Positions 54,248-64,000 of a stretch of 64,000 bases of DNA are shown piece by piece. The stretch spans positions 62,001 to 126,000 of the forward strand of contig NIVC01001256.1 of NCBI GenBank assembly GCA_002269645.1, written 5' to 3'. Made by a program: the position numbers and the translations under genes. Positions within the stretch are counted from its first letter, which is position 1. Every line of letters starts with the position of its first letter. The notes below the pieces were generated by a model, which had not been told where the DNA came from, searched no databases, and worked only from the letters and a program-made list of their open reading frames with translations. The DNA is from Macrostomum lignano. Lineage: Eukaryota.

Positions 54248-55024
54248 CCCTCTGATCTGCTCAAGTACACGGACACCCCTCTGATCTGCTCAAGTACACG
54301 GACAACCCTCTGATCTGCTCAAGTACACGGACACCCCTCTGATCTGCTCAAGTACACGGACAACCCTCTGATCTGCTCAAGTACACGGACATCCCTCTGA
54401 TCTGCTCAAGTACACGGACACCCCTCTGATCTGCTCAAGTACACGGACAACCCTCTGATCTGCTCAAGTACACGGACCCCCCTCTGATCTGCTCAAGTAC
54501 ACGGACACCCCTCTGATCTGCTCAAGTACACGGACATCCCTCTGATCTGCTCAAGTACACGGACACCCCTCTGATCTGCTCAAGTACACGGACACCCCTC
54601 TGATCTGCTCAAGTACACGGACACCCCTCTGATCTGCTCAAGTACACGGACATCCGTCTGATCTGCTCAAGTACACGGACATCCCTCTGATCTGCCTCAA
54701 GTACACGGACATCCGTCTGATCTGCCTCAAGTACACAGACATCCCTCTGATCTGCCTCAAGTACACGGACATCCCTCTGATCTGTTCAAGTACACGGACA
54801 TCCCTCTGATCTGCTCAAGTACACGGACATCCCTCTGATCTGCCTCAAGTACACGGACATCCGTCTGATCTGCCTCAAGTACACAGACATCCCTCTGATC
54901 TGCCTCAAGTACACGGACATCCCTCTGATCTGCCTCAAGTACACGGACATCCCTCTGATCTGCCTCAAGTACACGGACATCCCTCTGATCTGCTCAGGTA
55001 CACGGACATCCCTCTGATCTGCTC
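54248..55024. repeat. 29-30-bp minisatellite (CCCTCTGATCTGCTCAAGTACACGGACAC) x ~26
   Basis: Tandem units; a 1-nt insertion variant dominates the 3' half. Confidence 0.96.
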
Positions 55025-56402
55025 AGACACTCCTCTGGGATAAATCTGACAAGCACACAGACACCTCCTTGAGCCTCAGAATCACGGTGCACTAATTATG
55101 TCCAGCCGGTTCTTGTTCCTTGCTATTCCGCCCAAAGCAACGGGCATCGCCCCTTTTTACGCGCCCGTTGCAGCGGCCTCGGGATGGCCGGCCGGGCGCG
55201 CGGTTTCAGGCTCTGTTCTCTTGTCAGACGCAGCCGAGTGAAAAGCCCCCCCCCCAGCAACAAGGCAGTCGCCGCTCATTTTCATCAGCTCTTGGCGGGA
55301 TCAGCGACTCAGCGGATGAGGAGATGGGTTCGCAAAAGAGTTGCCCGCGGGATGAAACGGCGGGCTGAGTGGCTCCTTCTGCCCCCCCCCACCCGCAGCT
55401 GCTCAGGCTTTCATCTCTCTGAACCGGACAGCAGCTCTGGACCTCCTGCAGTGCACTTTCTAGCAGCGGCTCTGCGGCGCAAACACTCCGCGGGCAAAGT
55501 TTGCAATCTGGTGCAAAATCAGCGATCTTGTCGGTTTAGGGGAGGCAGTTGGAGAAAGCCTTGCTTGCGCCAAGGTTTGGGCTGAGCATTGAGCTGAGTT
55601 TATCCAGCTGCTCTGCTCGAGGCTGTCCGGCACAGCGGCTAGCGAATGGTGTCGATTGAGCTCTGTGGGGGGACACAATTCAGATCATTAGAATGAATGT
55701 CTTGAACTTTGATATGATGAGGCCTTTAAAAATAGGAGCTTGTCCGGTCGATGGGATCGCACTGGCCCTGCCAGTTTCCCAGATCTCAGCCAGTCCGCTG
55801 TTCTCGCCTCCGGGATCTTCTCTCGGCCTCTGGAGCAGCCCCAGGCCATAAATAAATCGATGAGTTTATGCTGGGATTAGTTGCTAATTGCCCAGCCGGC
55901 CAGCGCGGTTGGCGGCAATCTGCAGCAAAACTGCCTGCCTGCCTAATCTGAACGCTCGCCTCACTGACTGCCGGCCTCCCAGCGGTCCCCGCATTGGCTG
56001 GCTGGCTCTGCCATGCCCAACCCCCCGTCGCAGCCGCATTCATACTTCACATCTCCGCCCAGCCCGATCAGCCCAGTTTGCATTGCCACTGACGCCCAAG
56101 CGGCCGAACGCAGCCCAGCCCGGCCAGCTCAAGCACTGAGGCCATTCCGGCTGACCAGGCGGCCACGGCATGAACGCGCCCAGCACCTTCATTCAGCTCC
56201 GACGGGTCGTTGCCAGCGCGCCATATCAGGCGAGTAACCCCTGCTGCTAAAGCCTCTAAATGAGCCATCTTGTCTATATTTCTGTCCTTGACGCGTCCAC
56301 TGCCAGCTGTTGGCCATTGCTCCAGTCTCTGCTCTGGCAAAATCAGTGACAGAAGTTGCACTCACTCGATCTCTTGACGGTCTTTATTGTTTCGTCTCCA
56401 AA

Positions 56403-56536
56403 GCCAGCCAATCAGAAAAAGTCGTCAGCGCCCCACCCCAAGTCCGCAAACACCACCGAGCCGCCAGCCAATCAGAGAAAGTCGTCAGCTCCCCACCCCA
56501 ACTCCGCAAACCCCACCGAGCCGCCAGCCAATCAGA
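56403..56536 (+). promoter_or_regulatory. Three AGCCAATCAG (NF-Y/CCAAT) boxes at exact 60-bp spacing upstream of a putative first exon
   Basis: CCAAT at 56408, 56468 and 56528 within a 60-bp tandem duplication. Confidence 0.55.
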
Positions 56537-56607
56537 AGACCCCTGAGGCGCCAAGTCGCCAAGCCGCCGTCTCTACAAAGGTCGGCGCAGGTCGGCGCCG
56601 CTGGCAA

Positions 56608-56712
56608 ATGAACTTCTCTAGGTCGATGCTGGCCTACGGAAAAACGCCGAAGCGGTCGGGCAGCGGCTACGGCAGGCCCAAGCGGCAGCTGCCGACCTCC
56701 ACGTCCTACTAT
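56608..56712 (+). CDS. Putative first coding exon of an unidentified gene (MNFSRSMLAYGKTPKRSGSGYGRPKRQLPTSTSYY)
   Basis: An ATG-initiated GC-rich frame of 35 codons ends at a consensus donor TAT|GTAAGT and is preceded by CCAAT boxes. Downstream exons were not identified. Confidence 0.45.
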
Positions 56713-57769
56713 GTAAGTGGCTGCTGACCGCTAGCCCGCCTGCCTGCTGGTGGCATGGAACCCGTCCAGCCTACCAGCCCCAGTAGATGAGCAGTTAGTC
56801 TTCAGAACGTTTTTTTTCTAGCCTTAGCAACTGCAATGCGCCGTGAGATCCAGCCCGACTAACCAGGGCAAAAGTTGCCGGCTTTTGCTATCGAACTAGT
56901 TTTATATTTTTATTTTTGCATGCCTTTTCGCTTGTTCGTCAATAGCGATTAACAGTACTTAGTGCACTTCTAATTGGAGGAGTACTTCAAGGGCTTGTCG
57001 TGCGAAGGCACAGACGGTCGACAAGCCCTGACGATAAGAAACTCGGGCCGTTGTACACCCTCCTGTGTGAGCTGTCAGGTCAGCCTTCCCCTACATCTGT
57101 AGTCTGACTGTCTCGAGTCTCTTTTCCCTCTCAGCCAGCCATTGATAAATATCTGCGCACTCCAAAGCAAAGTAGTAGCAGAGCTCATTACAACTGAGTT
57201 CGCTTGGCCAATTTCTAGACTTTGATGTTGCGAATGGCGGCTCAGGCCTGGGGATTCTGGGAGACCGAGCAAGCAACAGAAATGGATATTTCAGATCTCA
57301 ATCAGCATCGCCCTCCTCCTCCTCCCGGATCCCCACCTGCCTCCAGTGGCAGTTGTGTGCAGGGCCTCAGGTGAGGGAGCAAAAACCTCCTTGAGCCAAC
57401 AGGTTTACCTCTCCCCCGAGACAGAAGAACACGACTTATCCATCACCTGGACAGGTGCTTTCAGCCCCGGCTTCGGTTCCGAATCAAATGCAATTCTTTG
57501 GTCACGGGGCCCTGATGCGCTTTACCTTGAGATGCCCGGGGGAGACTCTGCTGCTCACCGTCCCATATTTTTATATGGGACTGACACGAATCAGTGCGCG
57601 CGAGGCTGGAGGGGGGGGGTCAACCAGACCGGGCGGGGGGCTGCGTCCTCGCTCTTCCCGGGAGCTTCTGCAAAGCTTCTCGGGATCTGCCCAGGCAACC
57701 CTTCCTGACTTGAACAACTTTCGGATACCCCTCACTGAATTTAGGCACCCCACGGAGCCTATGGACATC

Positions 57770-58832
57770 CCTCACCTTGGTCCATTCCACACCTCACCTC
57801 CTCCTCACCTTGGACAGCATTCCCCACCTCACCTTGGACAGCATTCCCCTCCTCACCTTGGACAGGACAGCATTCCCCTCCTCACCTTGGACAGCATTCC
57901 CCACCTCACCTTGGACTGGACAGCATTCCCCTCCTCACCTTGGACAGCATTCCCCACCTCACCTTGGACAGGACAGAATTCCCCTCCTCACCTTGGACAG
58001 CATTCCCCACCTCACCTTGGACAGGACAGCATTCCCCTCCTCACCTTGGACAGCATTCCCCACCTCACCTTGGACAGCATTCCCCACCTCACCTTGGACA
58101 GCATTCCCCACCTCACCTTGGACAGCATTCCCCACCTCACCTTGGACAGGACAGCATTCCCCTCCTCACCTTGGACAGCATTCCCCTCCTCACCTTGGAC
58201 AGCATTCCCCTCCTCACCTTGGACAGCATTCCCCTCCTCACCTTGGACAGCATTCCCCACCTCACCTTGGACAGGACAGCATTCCCCTCCTCACCTTGGA
58301 CAGCATTCCCCACGTCACCTTGGACTGGACAGCATTCCCCACCTCACCTTGGACAGCATTCCCCTCCTCACCTTGGACAGCATTCCCCTCCTCACCTTGG
58401 ACAGCATTCCCCTCCTCACCTTGGACAGCATTCCCCTCCTCACCTTGGACAGCATTCCCCACCTCACCTTGGACAGGACAGCATTCCCCACCTCACCTTG
58501 GACAGCATTCCCCACCTCACCTTGGACAGCATTCCCCTCCTCACCTTGGACAGCATTCCCCTCCTCACCTTGGACAGCATTCCCCTCCTCACCTTGGACA
58601 GCATTCCCCTCCTCACCTTGGACAGCATTCCCCTCCTCACCTTGGACAGCATTCCCCTCCTCACCTTGGACAGCATTCCCCACCTCACCTTGGACAGGAC
58701 AGCATTCCCCACCTCACCTTGGACAGCATTCCCCACCTCACCTTGGACTGGACAGCATTCCCCTCCTCACCTTGGACAGCATTCCCCACCTCACCTTGGA
58801 CAGGACAGCATTCCCCACCTCACCTTGGACAG
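57770..58832. repeat. 24-bp minisatellite (CCACCTCACCTTGGACAGCATTCC) with periodic GGACA 5-nt insertions
   Basis: Tandem units. Confidence 0.96.
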
Positions 58833-59509
58833 CCCTTTGGATATCCTCCCTGTCTATGGACACCCCTTAGAACCTTTGGATACCCGCACTGTCTCTAGAC
58901 GACTCTCCTAGCCTTTGGGTGCCCCCTCGGTGTATTTAAACACGGACCCAGGCCTCTGGCCACCTTTCCCAGCTTTACAATACTTCTGAGTACTTGGACA
59001 GCCTCACCAGACTTCAGATATTCCTGTGGACACCCTTCCCAGCTCTGCAATCCCTCTCTGCTCCGCCCCCGTCAGCTCCAGCTGCTCGCCCCGGCAATCC
59101 TCGCTGCCCCGTTTATGCTTCCGGCCTCGCCCAGGAAATAAAAAATGCAAATCGCGTAGCAACTGGTCCCATGCCAAATCCGCGCCCCGAGTGACAGCCT
59201 CGAATCGGGCCTGGTCTCTCTAAACCCCCCGCTGAACTGGCGTAGATGACCCCCCCCCCTAAATAGGCGCCGCAGCGGAAGTGCTGATCCAGTAGGGAGG
59301 AGACTGCCGCTGACATCCGCTTGGGATTCGAGATTAAATCCCGAACTGTTATGATTGCGATTAATCGGACTTCCGAAGTAAGATGTTTCCTGCCTGGGCG
59401 CTCCACTCCCTCCACATGGGAAACTGCCAGTCTTGTAGCTGCTTTCAAATATGAAATTTGAAATTTCATTTTGTCTTTGTGCCTGCGTGTGCGCCTCTTC
59501 ATCTCCTTA

Positions 59510-61280
59510 ATCTCCTCTATCTGCATCTACCTTCCCCGTCTCTTCTCTCTGTCTCTGCATCTACCCCTCTGTCTCCTCCCTCTGCATCTACCCTTCTGTC
59601 TCCCTTCTGCATCTACCCTTCTGTCTCCCCTCTGCATCTACCCTTCTGTCTCCCCTCTGCATCTACCCTTCTGTCTCCCCTCTGCATCTACCCTTCTGTC
59701 TCCCTTCTGCATCTACCCTTCTGTCTCCCTTCTGCATCTACCCCTCTGTCTCCCCTCTGCATCTACCTTCCCCGTCTCTTCTCTCTGTCTCTGCATCTAC
59801 CCTTCTGTCTCCCTTCTGCATCTACCCTTCTGTCTCCCTTCTGCATCTACCCCTCTGTCTCCCCTCTGCATCTACCTTCCCCGTCTCTTCTCTCTGTCTC
59901 TGCATCTACCCCTCTGTCTCCTCCCTCTGCATCTACCCTTCTGTCTCCCTTCTGCATCTACCCTTCTGTCTCCCCTCTGCATCTACCCTTCTGTCTCCCC
60001 TCTGCATCTACCCTTCTGTCTCCCCTCTGCATCTACCCTTCTGTCTCCCTTCTGCATCTACCCTTCTGTCTCCCTTCTGCATCTACCCCTCTGTCTCCCC
60101 TCTGCATCTACCTTCCCCGTCTCTTCTCTCTGTCTCTGCATCTACCCTTCTGTCTCCCTTCTGCATCTACCCTTCTGTCTCCCTTCTGCATCTACCCCTC
60201 TGTCTCCCCTCTGCATCTACCTTCCCCGTCTCTTCTCTCTGTCTCTGCATCTACCCCTCTGTCTCCTCCCTCTGCATCTACCCTTCTGTCTCCCTTCTGC
60301 ATCTACCCTTCTGTCTCCCTTCTGCATCTACCCTTCTGTCTCCCTTCTGCATCTACCCCTCTGTCTCCCCTCTGCATCTACCTTCCCCGTCTCTTCTCTC
60401 TGTCTCTGCATCTACCCCTCTGTCTCCTCCCTCTGCATCTACCCTTCTGTCTCCCTTCTGCATCTACCCTTCTGTCTCCCCTCTGCATCTACCTTCCCCG
60501 TCTCTTCTCTCTGTCTCTGCATCTACCCCTCTGTCTCCTCCCTCTGCATCTACCCTTCTGTCTCCCCTCTGCATCTACCCTTCTGTCTCCCCTCTGCATC
60601 TACCCTTCTGTCTCCCCTCTGCATCTACCCTTCTGTCTCCCCTCTGCATCTACCTTCCCCGTCTCTTCTCTCTGTCTCTGCATCTACCCTTCTGTCTCCC
60701 TTCTGCATCTACCCTTCTGTCTCCCTTCTGCATCTACCCCTCTGTCTCCCCTCTGCATCTACCTTCCCCGTCTCTTCTCTCTGTCTCTGCATCTACCCCT
60801 CTGTCTCCTCCCTCTGCATCTACCCTTCTGTCTCCCTTCTGCATCTACCCTTCTGTCTCCCTTCTGCATCTACCCTTCTGTCTCCCCTCTGCATCTACCT
60901 TCCCCGTCTCTTCTCTCTGTCTCTGCATCTACCCCTCTGTCTCCTCCCTCTGCATCTACCCTTCTGTCTCCCCCCTCTGCATCTACCCCTCTGTCTCCTC
61001 CCTCTGCATCTACCCTTCTGTCTCCCCTCTGCATCTACCCTTCTGTCTCCCCTCTGCATCTACCCTTCTGTCTCCCTTCTGCATCTACCCTTCTGTCTCC
61101 ATCTGCATCTACCTTTCTGTCTCCCCTCTGCATCTACCCTTCTGTCTCCCCTCTGCATCTACCCTTCTGTCTCCCCTCTGCATCTACCCTTCTGTCTCCC
61201 CTCTGCATCTACCCCTCTGTCTCCATCTCCATCTACCCTTCTGTATCCATCTGCATCTACCCTTCTGTCTTCCTCTCTAC
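59510..61280. repeat. Pyrimidine-rich ~25-bp minisatellite (CTGCATCTACCCTTCTGTCTCCCCT) with longer variant units
   Basis: Tandem units with higher-order duplication. Confidence 0.96.
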
Positions 61281-61995
61281 ATCTAACTCAATGTGTTTCG
61301 TCTCACTTGAGTTTGCATGCTTCCATAAACTGTTTACCGCATTCTGCCCTCTTCTCCCCTCTCCCAGTTCGGATCGGCAATCCATTCTAGCCTGCCACCA
61401 ATTTTCTCAGTACGCATCCCAGCCGCCCAGCTCCATCGCGTCCGAGCTACAGCGGCTGCTGCACTGCGGGCTGATGCGAATGCGTGTATTTATCTAGACA
61501 CAGCCCAGCCCCAACTCTCTGTCTGTTTGCAGTTCAGGCCAGTGCAATATTGAATCTGATTACATCAAGCGCCCGCATCGCCACGCGGTGATAAATGGCG
61601 CTCACAGGGAGCGGCGCCCCATCCTCTGGCTATGGCTCCTCATCCGGCTGGCCGTGTGCGGATATAATTAAGGGCTCCTTGTCTGGTTTGCAGCGCTGAT
61701 TCCCTCTGCTTTCACAGGCCTGCTTTAAACTATAAAGTTTATTTTTATGAAGTAGCCTTCCGATGCGCCGAAATGCCAGGCACAAGTCCGCATCGCAGTG
61801 GCAAAGAATAAGTCACACCCACCCTGTGCCAGATTATGAGTTTAATTGCGTGGCAAGCCCATCGGCACAGTGATTACCTGGGGGATCCCCGATCTCTTCT
61901 TTTCTCAATGTGAATGCAGGTTTTATGTAATCGCATTTTGCCATTGTGTCCGACTGATCAGTGACCTCCACTTTGGCGCTCTGTCTGCTACAATT

Positions 61996-62890
<895 letters not shown>

Positions 62891-63625
62891 TGAAGCTGGA
62901 AGTCCCCACTAGCAGTCAGCACAGCTCTTCAAGTTATCCAGCAATTTTGTCCGGAAAAAATGGACGCATGCTCACGCAATACTACTCATGTCCGCTGTGG
63001 CGAGTCAGTTAGGGTTCTCAGGATACCGGAGAGAAATTAGGGGGGTCGAGAGGCTCTCCGAAATTTCTTGTCTATCAATCGAACCATGAGGACACCGTAA
63101 TCTATTATACCCAATCTATGAAATTCCCTCATATTTGTGATTTCAGATCATCTCAAAATGTATAGACACAAACTCAAATCATTTCATTTTCTTGTGAACA
63201 TGGTATTGAAGATATTTACGCAGCTTGTCTGTCCAAGTAAACCACAAGCCGCATTCTGCTGTAGCCAAAATAAACTCACACACAATCAACAGTCCTGCTT
63301 GTTCTAGACTGACGGCCTTCTCTCTTTATTCGAAACTCGAAAGCATTCAGTCTGCTTCTCATATATGTATAATTTCTCATACGAGCTACATGTATATGTT
63401 TGTTCTCATTGCTTTTATCTTCTGGAGCTTTTGCGTTCGTTTCTGGACAGAGTAATCCATCCAGACTCCGCCAGCTCCCTCATCGCCTGTTCATCCATTC
63501 TGTGCTCAGCCCTATCCATCATCCTGAGGGGGACTCTGCTTGGGATACTTCTGCTTTGGGAAGTTGGCTGTTTTGAATGTCAAAAATACAAGTTCACACA
63601 CAGATACTGTCATATCTACTTTCAA

Positions 63626-64000
63626 TCAGTCAGTCAGTCAGTCAGTCAGTCAGTCAGTCAGTCAGTCAGTCAGTCAGTCAGTCAGTCAGTCAGTCAGTCA
63701 GTCAGTCAGTCAGTCAGTCAGTCAGTCAGTCAGTCAGTCAGTCAGTCAGTCAGTCAGTCAGTCAGTCAGTCAGTCAGTCAGTCAGTCAGTCAGTCAGTCA
63801 GTCAGTCAGTCAGTCAGTCAGTCAGTCAGTCAGTCAGTCAGTCAGTCAGTCAGTCAGTCAGTCAGTCAGTCAGTCAGTCAGTCAGTCAGTCAGTCAGTCA
63901 GTCAGTCAGTCAGTCAGTCAGTCAGTCAGTCAGTCAGTCAGTCAGTCAGTCAGTCAGTCAGTCAGTCAGTCAGTCAGTCAGTCAGTCAGTCAGTCAGTCA
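63626..64000. repeat. (TCAG)n perfect microsatellite running off the window end
   Basis: About 94 perfect units. Confidence 0.99.

Noticed and set aside
35682-55024. Regular 28-48-bp repeats superficially like CRISPR arrays
   Set aside because: The units are head-to-tail with no unique spacers, there are no cas genes, and the context is eukaryotic.
63450-63560. Protein-like minus-strand frame (LRMMDRAEHRMDEQAMRELAESGWITL)
   Set aside because: No splice sites or family could be established.

Overview
This is eukaryotic (metazoan) genomic DNA. GC-rich spliced exons sit among AT-rich introns packed with minisatellites and MITEs; the style suggests a flatworm such as Macrostomum, which is an inference only. 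I could reconstruct six conserved genes with phase-consistent exons: DCAF11/WDR23 (-, 5 exons), RPRD1B-like (-, 2 exons), an uncharacterised tandem MATH/TRAF-domain gene (+, 3 exons), PUS1 (+, 4 exons), SPMIP1/ATP6V1FNB-like (-, 2 exons) and an intronless MPC1 (+). There is also an 86-aa single-TM small ORF just upstream of PUS1 and a probable first exon of an unidentified gene at 56.6 kb. Mobile DNA comprises a 5'-truncated R1/Loa-type non-LTR retrotransposon (APE-RT-RNase H), a decayed Gypsy 5' LTR/PBS/gag interrupted by a hAT MITE, several Tc1/mariner- and Kolobok-type MITEs and a tRNA-derived SINE. The most striking structure is that the LINE is flanked by an apparently identical 921-bp direct repeat (a giant target-site duplication), with a templated slippage tract at the 5' junction and a TAATG stop-start between ORF1 and ORF2. 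Two tightly spaced co-directional gene pairs look like trans-spliced operons or bicistrons. I found no rRNA, bona fide tRNA or CRISPR array.
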